Source: the human T2T-CHM13v2.0 reference genome, Homo sapiens. Taken from it: a DNA stretch of 64,000 bases. The stretch lies in assembly GCF_009914755.1 (NCBI RefSeq), contig NC_060925.1; one strand, given 5' to 3'. The notes under the pieces were generated by a model. It saw only the letters and a program-made list of their open reading frames with translations, had not been told where the DNA came from and did not search any database. Every line of letters begins with the position of its first letter. The stretch's first letter is position 1. Both the position numbers and the translations under genes were made by a program. This document shows positions 1-12,211 of this stretch, one piece after another.

Positions 1-590
1 AGTTTCTTAACATTTCCATTTAATTCTAACAATATTTTTGAGTGAGGGTGTGGCAATGTTTGTGTGTGTATGTGTGCACTTGTGAACAGGTGTATGTCAT
101 GTATATGTGGGAATACCTGTAAGAAAAATGGAGGAAAATATCTTCTAAGGAAAATGTCATTCCTGCTATTGCCTTCTGGAATTTATGAGGTCTTTGCTGA
201 CTATTTGACCTGTAAAAGATAAAAAGCCTCTCTTAACCTATTTTTCATTCCAGGAAAGTGTTTCTAACGTGTGCTTTGTGGATTGTAATAGTCCCTGGAG
301 ATGATTTATGGACAAAGTTTTCATGGTCATATTATTTGGGGGAATTCAGTGTGGTGTGATTTCCCCCTTGACAGTCACAGTGACATTAGCATATTAAAGG
401 CTTAGAGAAGTCTCATAGAGAAATTTGTTTTCATTGTTTAACCCAGGTTTCTCCAAATTTATTTTAACCCAGAGTCCTTTTTTTTTCTGACAGCACCTAA
501 CAAGATCTTTTGCAATGCTCTTTGGGAAATTATATTAGCCTAATTACTAATTTCCTGGCCCTCAAGGTGACTTGCTTGAACTTGCCACCT

Positions 591-609
591 TCGCCACTAG
601 GGGGCAGCA
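591..609 (+). promoter_or_regulatory. CTCF binding motif
   Basis: TCGCCACTAGGGGGCAGCA, near-consensus CTCF core. Confidence 0.8.
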
Positions 610-1451
610 TTGGTTTACACAGGGTGAACAAACGTTCAATTCTAAACTAATATTCTTTGGTGGGAAAGTGTGTTCATTTTGGTTTGTTTTGAAGAAGTCA
701 CTTCATACCTTTGAACTGGGGTTAAGCTGGTTAACTCCCAAAATTCCACCAGTTCCAATATCCTATGAAAAACCCCAAAACCACTAGTATAAATAAGATA
801 GTTATTTCTGTTACTAAGTAAAGTTTTGTTAATTTTTTTAGTGATATTTAGGATTAAATGGCAAAGTATGGGTAAGCTGTAGAACTTTCCACCTAGGGAT
901 TCTGATTGCCCTTAGCCAAAGTACATTCTCCTGAGCGTGAATTATTTTCCATCCCTGGAGAGTTAGCTATGAGGCAAAAGGAAAGTCTGTATAGGTTTTC
1001 AATAATGAAAGAAGGACCCTTGGGAATCAGTTGTTATGAGAAAAAGCTTCTCACCTTATCGCTGCTGGGACAATTAAGGAAAAGTCTTGATTTTAGAATT
1101 GAGGTCCCTGTCAAGGCTTGGTATTAAAACCTGTATTAGGGACGTTTTTTTTTTCTATTTGGTCATGACACCAGTTGTTAGTGCTTCTGCTGCAGAAACA
1201 AAGATATTCGGGGGCAGCAAAGCTCAGACGTGCCAGCTTTTCTGTTTAAGAGAAGTCCCACTTGGTTTGGTAAGGGATGGAGTTAGAACCATGTGATAAC
1301 ATGTTCTTAAGTTCCCTGTGATTCCTAGAATTGCCTTATCTTGCTGATCTCTTTCTGTCTAGATTTTTAATTCTCTTCCTATAGACTATGCCAAATGTCA
1401 TTTTTAGTCCAAACTTAATTAATTTTATTTTTCTTTATTTTGGGACCCAAC

Positions 1452-1965
1452 TGTATTAGTCAGGATTATCTAGAGGGACAGAACTAATAGGATATACATA
1501 TATGTGTTTATGTATATATGTATATATCCCCATAATATATGTATATAGGGGAGTTTATTAAGTATTAACTTACACGATCACAAAATCCCACAATAGGTCA
1601 TCTGCAAGCTGAGGAGCAAGGAGAGCCAGTCCGAGTCCCAAACCTGAACAACTTGGAGTCAGATGTTTGAGGACTGGAAGCCTCCAGCACGGGAGAAAGA
1701 TGTAGGCTGGGAGGCTGGGCCAGTCTATTCAGTTTGATTCCAACCAAAATGTGCTATGTCTTTTCACATTTTTCTGACTGCTTTATACTCTAGCTGTGCT
1801 GGCAGCTGAATAGATGGTGCCCACCCTGATTAAGGGTTGGTCTGCCTTCCCAGCCCACTGACTCAAATGTTAATCTCCTTTGGCAACACCCTCCCAGACA
1901 CACCCAGGACTGATACTTTGAATCCTTTAATCCAGTCAAGTTGATGCTTAATATTATCCATCACA
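1452..1965 (-). mobile_element. MLT2A-type ERVL solo LTR
   Basis: TG...CA termini, MLT2A-like sequence with internal (TA)n, 5-bp TSD CCAAC at 1447-1451 and 1966-1970. Confidence 0.85.
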
Positions 1966-1999
1966 CCAACTTATACTTCATTTTGCTTGTATTTTTCAG

Positions 2000-2087
2000 A
2001 TGGACCTGGATAAAGACACTGCCAAATGTTTTTAACAAAATTTGCTGGGACTTAAAAAACTGTATTAGGGCTGCCATTCACCCTTAG
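2000..2087 (+). pseudogene. Degenerate copy of the HSD17B7 terminal coding exon
   Basis: tttttcag|ATG acceptor, then MDLDKDTAKCF*QNLLGLKK(+1 frameshift)CIRAAIHP*, versus recalled HSD17B7 C-terminus [27 protein letters not shown]. Stop at 2033-2035; extra base near 2060. Confidence 0.75.
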
Positions 2088-3102
2088 TTCCCTGAAACAT
2101 GATCACCTCCCACCAGCATACTGATAGCTAGCATACTGCGGGTATGAGCGCTTGTAGTGAACTACCATCTGAGTCCTCAGGGGCACCTTCTTTTTATGGC
2201 CATTTTTAAAAAGAGTGTTGTGGGTCTGAATGTCTGTGTGAGTGTGTACTCCCTAAGGAAAATGAGGGGAAAATCCTCTAAGAAAAAATATCATTCAAAT
2301 ATGAATTCTTATACCTCTTCTGTAAAATTATATCTGCTCTTTCATTTAATAATATCAAAATAATTACTAGCATCACTATTATTCTGCTCATACTATCCTA
2401 CTTGCTGGAGCTCCAGGGGAAGCCAGGAGGGAAGTAGGCTAAGGGTCTCAGTGATGCAGGCAGACGCTTGCTCACTTTCTGTTTCTCTATCCACAGCTGG
2501 ATCGGTCACTTGGTTTGGCAGTCCTAGCTCTTGTCCTTTAGTTTTGAACACTTGGTCTATGCTGTTTGTCTCATTTCTTCCACCTCACTATGAACAAATA
2601 GTCCTCAGCAAGAGTGTTCAAAAATTTTTCCAGTAGTGAATTGCATAAACATCTTTATATACAGCATGTATACATTTTATCACTCCTTTTTAAACTAAGA
2701 TTTATTTTTATTAATAATTTTGAGTTGAGAGGGTCCATGCGAGTATTCAGTTTGATTCTAACCAAAATGTGCTATGTGTATTTGGGGTCTTTGTATGTGT
2801 ATTTATATGTGTTTTCCTTTTACCAGGAAGGTTTCCTCATTGCCCAGTTTCATGCAACCAGTTCAATGGGATTAAACTTGAGTAGTTCAAAATAATTTAA
2901 CTAATTACATTAAATTTCATTTACAATTTTTAATGATGCCTACTCTTAGGACATATAGCAGCAACATACTCAAAATAGTGGTGGGAAGGTGGAAAAGTTA
3001 GGGTATAGTTTGCGTTATGCCTAATTATGTAAAACATTTTTTTCCTATAAATCTTAAGGGGGCCACACATGCCCCAACCCACATTTGAGATGAGGACCAT
3101 AA

Positions 3103-3401
<299 letters not shown>

Positions 3402-4298
3402 AAAGACCTGTATTTCTTATAGTCAGTGTAATTCAGTGCAATGCATCTTTATATAGGTTAGGTTGAGAAATCTCAGTTTGGTGAGGTGTAAACATGGAAT
3501 GGTTATCTTTTCTTACCCCTAGTAACTATGACCAACTTTGCTTAATATTATTTCAGTCTGATCTGATAACTTCCATGCACTTCTGTTTTAAAAGTTTTAT
3601 TTCCGGTAGATATTCATTTAACTGCATTTAGGTTATTATTGTTTATGGTTCTCATCCAGTTTAAAGTCTTTCTTCTCCACCCGTGGAACTTCTGTTCTAC
3701 TGCAGTGGCCTCAGGCAGAAAAGGAGGACCTGGCTGCCCGCTCTCCCTTATTCTGTCTTCAGTGCCTGAATGTCTGACCCAGTAGGTGTGGTTGGAGGTG
3801 AGGGAATGAGTTGGTTCACGCAATGGTCCACACACCTCTGGTTCCTCTCCATTTTTTTTTTTTTTTTTTTTTTTTTGCAGTGGTTGCTTGCTATTCTGGC
3901 TGTCATTGGTGAGATAGAGCTGCTGACATCTGTTTGGACTGGTACCCTCTGCTTCCCTGGTACTCTTGGTGTGAGGGCAAAACACTTGCCCAAGCGTGAT
4001 TCCCTCTGTCCTTCCTTCAAGGCTCATTTCACCCTGAGAGGAGCTGGTCCCTCCAGTGTTCGTGGTAAAAACTTACCCAACTTTCCCCCAACACTGAGGA
4101 TTGTGACACCCTTCAGGGTGCTCTTCAGTAGCCTCCAGAGAGACTGAGCCTCTACTTCTGGGAGTTTCCAGCTGCCTCTGCCTGTAGGTGAAAAATGGAA
4201 TCTTTTCCCATTGAATGAGTTAAGGCAACAAGTCAAAAGCCCCTTCTTCCTCATGGGGGAGGAAATGGGGAAGGGATCATCTGTCCCCAGTACATCTC

Positions 4299-4328
4299 TG
4301 AATGAATGAATGAATGAATGAATGAATG
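4299..4328 (+). repeat. (TGAA)n microsatellite
   Basis: About 7.5 perfect units. Confidence 0.9.
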
Positions 4329-4664
4329 TAATAAAAAATGTTTCCTCAAAATTGAAGTATAAATTATCCCTTCTAACCATGTGTTACTAATTTGAATGTT
4401 AAAGATTTGTATTTGTAGGGTTGAAAGCATTTCTTAACTGAAAACGAGGGCAGGAGCCATCGGACACATGCCCTTCCCCATCTTCTTTGAGAGGAGAGTA
4501 TGGGAAAAGAGTACCCTGGTCTTTGTTCCTCATCCACATTCTGGTATGGAGAAAGCTATTTTACTTATCATGAGCCTCAATTTCTTTATCTGTAAAATGG
4601 CAGCAAGTATCTCCCTGATTTTCTGTCTCAGAAGGTTCTGTGAATATTTAATGTAATGGCACAG

Positions 4665-4879
4665 GGTGGAGTTTCCAATCTTGGCGCTATTGATGTTTCG
4701 GGCTTGTTAATTCTTTGTTTTAGAGGGCTGCCCCATGTATTATAGAATTTATGGTCCCTACCTACTAGACTCCAGTGGCAGCCCCCTCACCTCAGTTATG
4801 ACAACCAGAAATATCTCTGGACAGTGCTGGATGTTTTCTGGGGACAGGGGGCACATTTGCTCCTAGCTGAGAACCACTG
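4665..4879. mobile_element. MER20-like hAT-Charlie DNA transposon
   Basis: MER20-like body ending in tgagaaccactg. Confidence 0.7.
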
Positions 4880-5774
4880 GTATAAGTAAAGTGGCCATGG
4901 ACTGGTCGAGAGCAAGCCATCCTAGAGCACCGTGTGCCACGTCAGGATTAAGGATTTAAACTGTTTAGAATTTAATGAGTTACACAAGAAAGGTTCCATG
5001 CAGCAGCGTTCTCTTTGATTGAGTTAAGTTGTACTAATCAGAGTATTACATCCATTGTATCGAAGAAGGCAAATGTATTAGACTAAATGATAAGAAGATA
5101 AAATCTAGGTGGTTAGAAGATTTTTAAATGTATAATTTTTTGGCGATGCATGGAATATTATTTAAAACAGGATGTACTAAAATATTGATTTTAGAAGTGC
5201 AGACAGATCTGGGTCTGTCAGATGTATATGAAGACACAAGCAAGATAGCAAGGAGGAACATGCAGAATGTTCACTTCTGTAGATGGCAGGATTGAGGTGG
5301 ACCTGGAACAGAGAACTAGGCTGAAGTTGGCTCCCTCCTGCCTTGTGATGGCCCCTTCCCGCTGTGAGAGCTAGTACAGTGAAAAGACCCACTTAGCAGT
5401 GACAAACCATTCACTCAGGACTCAGCCTTGAGGGAGAATTGTGATGACGATAGGCAAGGCTTGCGTAGAAGACAAGAAGAAAGAACTTTTAGGAAAGAGC
5501 TTGCGCAGTTTACAAAGGGGTTCTCTAATTGTTGTATGCCTATTCCTGTTGGCCCAGGCATGGCTGGTGCAAATAAATTAAGTTTTTGTGAATCAATCAG
5601 TTCTGTCACTTATGGCCTGCCTTCCTCTGTTGCTTTGCTTCATGGAAGAAAGTGTTGGAGGAAGCAGATTTCTTGTGTTCCTTTCACTATAAAGTATTGT
5701 CTCCCCATTGAAGGCCAGAGGCTGGGCTGATGAAACTGACTCTCAAATGTTTGATCTAAGTTTTTGTCTTCAGA

Positions 5775-6020
5775 TAGGTGGTAGTGTGGTGTAATGAAAG
5801 AGCATGAGCAAGGAAATTGAGTAGAAGAGAGATCAAATGCTAGTCTGCCATCTATTAGCAAGTTACCACCACTCTTCCCTCTATTTCCTTATCTGTAAAA
5901 TGGGGATAAAGAAAACTATTTTGCAAAGAAAACTTTTGCAGCATTGTTTTGAGGATCAGTTGGCATGCTGTGTGGAATGTGTCAGGATAGGGGGAGGTAC
6001 TGAAAAATAGGAGCTATTAG
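5775..6020 (+). mobile_element. MIR
   Basis: Core tttccttatctgtaaaatggggataa. Confidence 0.6.
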
Positions 6021-6269
6021 GAATTACTATTTTTAAACACAAGGAATTCTAAATCTGAATTAAATGAAATGTTTTCAAATTAAATATACTTCAAATTTAT
6101 ATTTAATGAACTATAAATTAAATATGAATTAATCTTCATTTCAGGCCCTTTGTAATATTAGTAGGTTGGGGTCCTTTATCATTTCTGAGCTAAATAATCT
6201 TGTTTCATCAAAATATCCCAGGCTGGGTTACATCAACTATTGATGCCAGAGATGAAATAGGCCCTCAAG

Positions 6270-7329
6270 TTTATTCTTCTGGAATTAAAGTTTGTTATTG
6301 GGCTGAAGATTTGAATTTACCCACCACAGAGGCATGATTTCTTTGAGACCCACGGGGCAAGATGGTTTTCCTGATAGAGTCAGTATAGATAAAAAGTGGT
6401 GATGATTTTATTCTACACTTCATTAGGTAGACAGTAAGTTTAAAACGCATTAACAAAAAGCTATTATTTTCTAATGACTTATGATACTACTTATTTTTAG
6501 AGTGATATTTGGGTCTGTTGGAAGGGAAACAAAATCTAATCGATTCTTTTACAGTGTAGCCCAAGACATAGAGGCCTACTTGAAACAATAGCTTGTTAAC
6601 AATGTTAGTACCTCTCATTTTACAGTGAAATCATTTTGATAGAGTCTGCTATGCATTTGACAGCATGTTGGGAGATGATTAAAAGTTTTTTAAATCCTTT
6701 GATTCTAGAAGATATGAGAGGGAAAAGATTGTCCATTATTCTTTCAATAGGATTCAAAAAATTTGATATGAGCAGGTTGAAAGTGGGAGGGTGAAAACTA
6801 AAATGGAGCTATCTGTAAATAAAGGAAGGAAGGAAAGGGCTTCCAAAGAGAGCACGTGGGTGTGGTTAAAGAGCAGATTTTCTTTATAGACCATGTTACA
6901 GTACCTATTTACAATCACATTCCTATTCCTACCACTACTATATATCAAACTAAAACAGAGAGAATAGCTATGCCGTTTTGCCAGCAGGTGGCACCATGAG
7001 AATCTCCTAGAGGAAACAGGAAGTCCCTGAAAGCAAGACTGTTACTGTTTTCCCAAGTCCAGTCATCAATATATATTCATATTTTTGATGACATCATAAA
7101 CATATCACTTAAAATATTTTCAGAAGATTCATTCTTCCTCTCCTTTTTCATATATTAGCATTGTTCATTCAAGAAATATTATATTCCCGGAAAATAATAG
7201 GGAGTTTAAAATAAAATTGTAATTCAATTATGTTTGTTTGTTTTTCTCTGTATTGCTTAATATAGTCATTTGAGGAACACATTTCCTTAGCAATAATGGC
7301 ATATGTTATTGTCAGGCTATGTTAAACAG
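6270..7329 (-). other. CCDC190: CCDC190 3'UTR with candidate poly(A) signals
   Basis: Minus-strand TATAAA variant at 6888-6883; AATAAA at 6412-6407 and 6275-6270. Confidence 0.45.
6978..6996 (+). promoter_or_regulatory. CTCF binding motif in the CCDC190 3' region
   Basis: TTGCCAGCAGGTGGCACCA matches the CTCF core CCASYAGRKGGCRS. Confidence 0.7.
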
Positions 7330-7924
7330 TTAGAGAGGAAGAAACTTAGAAGGCACCCTGTTTTCACACTCCTTTCCTGCCCTGGATGATGAGGATTCCC
7401 CATGCCCAAATATCTCTCCAATGCTAAGCAACCTCTCAGACTCAGGGGGGACCCTGTGCCGGAGATAATGGGCATTTCTGGCCTTTGAAAGCAACTCTAA
7501 GAAGGTTGGCTTTGTGAACTCGCCTTCGAAGCTTCCTGCACATTCCATGTGTTTTGGGGGAATTTGTTTTCCAGTGTTCCCATCTGGCTTTAGAGCAACA
7601 TCTTTTGATCTGGTCTCATCAGCACATGCCATTCCACTATCACTAGCTGGGCTGGAACTAGGACCTTGTTCTATGGTGTTGGTGGAAACCTCTTGATTTT
7701 GGCATGGAACAGAGATGCCCTTGCTGGGGTCTACGTCCTTAGATGGATTCACAGAATCTTTCTCTTGGGCTTGTGGTTGCTCTTTTATGAAGCAGGCAGT
7801 TCTGTTATTTTGAGAGAGTGGCTGCTTTTTGCTCTTCATGGGGTCTTTGAGGCCAGCATCATGTGAAGGAGGCACCTGGGACTTGCTTTTGCATGTGTCT
7901 TGGGCCATACGGGTTGCCAATGCT
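7330..7924 (-). CDS. CCDC190: CCDC190 last coding exon
   Basis: Acceptor tttctcag|A at 7925/7924; [17 protein letters not shown]...[11 protein letters not shown] ends with TAA at 7332-7330. 187+124+595=906 nt = 301 aa plus stop. Confidence 0.93.
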
Positions 7925-8196
7925 CTGAGAAAGGACATAAAAGAAAGATCTCTGAAAACCAATAAAAAGGCTCTTCTTTAGACCTTTCAACTTATTAGGA
8001 TGTGGCCCCCTTCAGTATCGGCCAAGGTAATATAGGTGGGAATGGGGTGGAGGGTGAAACTGAGTAGTAACAATGCAGGGAAAATGTCTCACTTAAGAAG
8101 TGGAACGGAGCATTTCTTCAGGAAAACAGTTTAAAGAGGTCATTTGGGAAGAGAGACTTAATGTCATACCCATGGGTTTAGTAATCCATTTCTTAC

Positions 8197-8323
8197 CTCA
8201 TTTTCTTAGCCTGTGGGGCTCTGTGCTTCTGACTTCCCTGTGGTGAGAACACGAGAACATCTTCTGGTCTCTTCTGAAATCCATTCCCCAAATAAGAGGA
8301 GAACTTTTTCTTCATGGTTTCTG
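8197..8323 (-). CDS. CCDC190: CCDC190 internal coding exon (starts at 8320 or 8323, NAGNAG)
   Basis: Acceptor caaag|cag|AAACC; donor ATGAG|gtaag at 8197/8196. Translates (A)[42 protein letters not shown], phase-compatible with both neighbouring exons. Confidence 0.9.
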
Positions 8324-8342
8324 CTTTGAGTTAATTAAGAAG

Positions 8343-8755
8343 TGTTATGAGTTGGATTGTGTCCTTAAATTTTTTATGCTCAAGTCCTAACCCCCAGTAC
8401 CTTAGGGTGGGACCTTATTTGGAGATAAGGTCTTTACAGAGAAAATCAAATTAAAATGAGGTCATTAGGGTGGGTACTAATCCTATATTACCGGTGTCCT
8501 TATAAGGAAAGGAACTTAGAACACACAGACACACACAGGGAGAGCACTAAGAGACACAGGGAGAAGACAGCCATCTGTAAGCCAAGGAGAGAGGCCTGAA
8601 ACAGAGCCTGCCCTCACAATTTTCAGAAGGAACCAGCATGTTTGACATATTGATTTTGAACTTCTAGACTCTAGAATTGTAAGGCAATAAATTTTTGTTG
8701 TTTAAGGCACCCGGTTTATAGTTCTTTGTTATGGCAGCCCTAGAAAACTAATATA
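8343..8755 (+). mobile_element. MLT1B-type MaLR solo LTR in a CCDC190 intron
   Basis: tgttatgagttggattgtgtcc...ctagaaaactaatata; TSD AGAAG at 8338-8342 and 8756-8760. Confidence 0.85.
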
Positions 8756-9499
8756 AGAAGAAGAAAAATAATTCTGCAAACTGGGCTTTCAGAGAACCAA
8801 TGTGTATAAACCTTGGTGTATATTACACATTAGGTTGATCTGGTGTGATAGATGGAAATGGAAAATTTAAAGCAGTTTTCCAGTGTTTGCGTAGTATATG
8901 TTAAAGAGGATTTAGAAACACTAAGATCAGAGGTTTAAACCAGCTAAGCCCCTGGAGGTTTCCTTTGAACATTTTACTTGGCAAGCACAATGTTTTCAAA
9001 AACAAAATGACTGGGTGTGAGTGGATTGTCTCCTTCACCACAATTATGTGACCTCCTACCCACCTGTGAGTTTGCAACTGCCAGCCGTGACTAAGTGGAC
9101 TTTTCCCTTGTTGAGTTGATGTTTTAGCATCTTGCAGTCATAGCTGCTATGGAGAACTCAGTCAGTTTTTAAGACATCTCATGAATTGGTCATTTAGAGT
9201 TGAAAGTCTTGGACTAGTTTTGCTCTAATGGGAGAGAACTCTTTAAATCTACAGTTCGGTTAGTAGGCACTAAGCAGAGGGAATATGACCAGATAGGGAA
9301 CCCAGAATTCACATTGACTCCCAATATTCTTTCATATGATCACTTCTTTGTGAAGTGATCAGAGCAAGGAAGAGTTCTTTGTGAGCCTTTCTTCCTTTGT
9401 TGTCTCCTTGGGGTCTTTTGTGGGGGTTTCTTCCATGTAAGAACTTCACCTATTCCATATAAATTGAGGGATTTTGAGCTACTTCTCCCAGCAAGATCT

Positions 9500-10830
9500 G
9501 TTTTCTGAAATTTAGACCTATGGGCCCAATAGGTTCAAAAATGAACATATCTTTTCTCTGAAACTTGATGTTTCTCCAATGTTCTCTCTGTGAAGGTATG
9601 GTACTTCTGCCCACCCAGTTACCAGATTTGACAAGCTCGTTTGAGCGCCTACTTTGTGCCAGGTAATATACTTTTGATTCTGGTTTTCTTTACCCTTGGA
9701 TATATATTTAGTCTTAAAGCTCCGACAATTCTACTTTCTAAATATCTTGAGATGCTCATCTTCTCATTTTCTTCACCTGACCAATGCCCTAGTTTAGGCC
9801 TTGAAACCATGGCCTGAACTTTGTAATTCTATCAGGTCTACTCTGACTATAGTCTGAGGTCTATTTTACCTTAAACTTTGCATCCAGAATTATCTTTTTA
9901 ACATTTGAGCATGTAATTTTCACCAGTCTCAAACCCTACAGGGTGAACTCTCAACTCTTTTGCAAGACCTGTGAAGCCATTCATGATTGGATTGGATTGG
10001 AGACATTGGCTATTTTGTGTTGTCTCTGAAAACTGCACCTACACCTCCTCTTCCCCACTTCCATGTCACATGCCTGCAGTACTGAGCTATTTGAGGCAAG
10101 CAGTGATCATGTATGCGCCTTTATACATACTATTCCTTCTGCTGGGAGTGGCCCCATTCCATACGTCCTCCTGACAAACTTCCCGCCCTTTCCCCCATTT
10201 TCCTCCTCCTCTAAGATTCTGCTCACATACTGTGTCTTTTGGGAAATCTTAGCTAAATTCCTTTGATAGACACAGGAACCTTTTTATGTTCCTGCCCTAC
10301 TTTGTGAAGAACTCAATTAGCAGTTTTGATCATCATTTTTTATAAGCGGAACTACTGTCCAATTTAAATATGGGCACCTTGAGGGCAGAGACCATGCTTT
10401 TTCATATTTGCATTCCAGACTCTACCTGAGTAGCTGTTTTGCAAAGTCTGGTCTGAAATACAGCTGTCCCAGAATAATCTACCTTAGTATCATCTCAGTT
10501 AAAAATGTGGATTTTTAAGCCTAATTTCTAACCTGCTGACTCAAAGGACTGGCAACATGCATCTTAAATAATTCACTCACTGGCATATCATTGAATCTCA
10601 ATAACAATTCCATTTAAATGAATCATGGAAAACTATTGCCTAGCACAGTGCCTAAGAAATATTGAGACTTAATACATATTGCTTCCTTCCTGTATCCCTG
10701 ATTTTACTGTCAAGAAGTCTGAGGCTTAGAGAGAATATGACTTCCCAAAGGACATGGAGGCAGAAGCACCTGAATCAAAGTTTTCTGCCTCCTGATTCAT
10801 ACTCTTTCCAACCCAACTCTTTACTCAGCC
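9500..10830. mobile_element. Degenerate L2 and MIR fragments
   Basis: L2-like pyrimidine-rich motifs (cttgagggcagagacc, cctagcacagtgcct) and MIR-like ctgaggcttagagag. Boundaries approximate. Confidence 0.45.
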
Positions 10831-12024
10831 AGGAAAGCCACTTACTAGGGCCTGGCCTTTTGTACACCCTCCTAAAAGTAGGCATCTGATCTTCAGTGTC
10901 CTTTTTGAATAAGAGTGGGAATCAACTAAATGGCTTCTAAGACCCTTTTCCAGTATGTGAGCTCTCATTCTAGGTTGGTTTAACCATTTATTGCAGACAG
11001 GGAAATTGAAAGCAGAGGACTTCAGTTAGTTACTCAGAGTATCTTTCAAACCCAAAGCTGGAGGTTAGAAAGAATTCCCAGCCTAGACATTTGGCTGTTA
11101 CTCTTGGCCTTTATGTCATGTATAAGCTGTGTTGACCTGAAATATTTTATGTTCGTTTACAGCACCTGGCCTTCCTCTTGAACATGTTCTGTCCATTTCA
11201 GACTCCTGAGTTCTGGCACTCTCCTTCAGTAAGAAAGGATGTAGTCTTCAAGAGCTGAGATATTTCTTTCCTGTGCTGAATTTTTAAGTAATATTAAAAT
11301 CTAATTATTTTAATGATGAACAAAGGAGAACTAGTTTCTACAGACTGTACAACTGTGACTATTTTCAACAAAGACAGTAGAAGGGTTTCAATTGTGTAAC
11401 AATTTTTAATTGATAAGAGTGGGCACTTATATAGCACTTACTTTATGTTTTGGTACTATTCCAAGTGCTCACTGAATCCTCAAATAACTTCATAACATAG
11501 GAAATACTTTTATTTTACATTGGAGGAAGCTGAGGTACTAATTCCAGAGAAATTTTTTCTTTCTTTTCTTTTTCTTTTTTAACTTTCATAAAGTGGGCTA
11601 GGACAGTGACTTGCACATGAGTAACTGCTCAATAAATTGTTGTTAGATCCAAAAGAGAAAGATCAGATATTTAAAAAGGGGTGAAACCAAATCAGCCCAG
11701 ATAATGAAAGAAAAGCAAAATGAAAAATAAAATTTAAAAGTAGAAAACGAAGGATTTAAGCAAGAAAGAGCTAACTTGAAAGATGGCAGTGACTGGAAGC
11801 CTGAGAAATGTTAGCTCAAGAAGGCTTATGAGTAGGCTGCTGCAGGGAGCTATGTAATTGACAGGGGAGGGACAAGGAAGGTTAGGCAGCCTAAAGTCCT
11901 GGCTGTGATCAAAAGCTCTTGCTGTCTTGGCACTCAGAGCTCTGAAAGGGCCTCAGCGGAGTGATGGGCCTGCTGCCCTGCTGTGCCTCTGGGGCATCCT
12001 CCTCACCAGTCCTGAAAGTCTTAC

Positions 12025-12211
12025 CTTGCTGCAACCTCTGCAGTTCTTTTTGGAGCTGCCTCTGCTCCCAGGTCAGCAATTTCACATGGTAGAGGCAAAT
12101 AACCTTTAGTCTCTGCAGTCTTTGGTCCAGTCTGGCTTCAGCCTGCTTGGCATTCTTCCTCTCCAAATCAAAATGCTTATACAATTGTCCCCTGACCATG
12201 TGCCTCTCCAT
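12025..12211 (-). CDS. CCDC190: CCDC190 first coding exon (exon spans 12223-12025, with 12 nt of 5'UTR)
   Basis: Encodes [62 protein letters not shown] (coiled-coil-like), recognised as the CCDC190/C1orf110 N-terminus. Acceptor tctctag|ACC at 12224/12223; donor CAAG|gtaag at 12025/12024; 187 coding nt. Confidence 0.93.

Noticed and set aside
3614-4147. Overlapping ORFs with poly-K/poly-F, and an acceptor-like T25-GCAG
   Set aside because: Produced by a homopolymer run; no homology or partner exon recognised.
7925-7962. N-terminal extension [12 protein letters not shown] of the 210-aa ORF
   Set aside because: Intronic polypyrimidine tract upstream of the acceptor at 7925.
9337-9361. 10-bp perfect hairpin TGATCACTTC-N5-GAAGTGATCA
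   Set aside because: About one such stem is expected by chance in 64 kb; no supporting context.
11909-12024. C-terminal part of the 100-aa ORF (KTFRTGEE...)
   Set aside because: Read-through past a canonical GTAAG donor into the intron.
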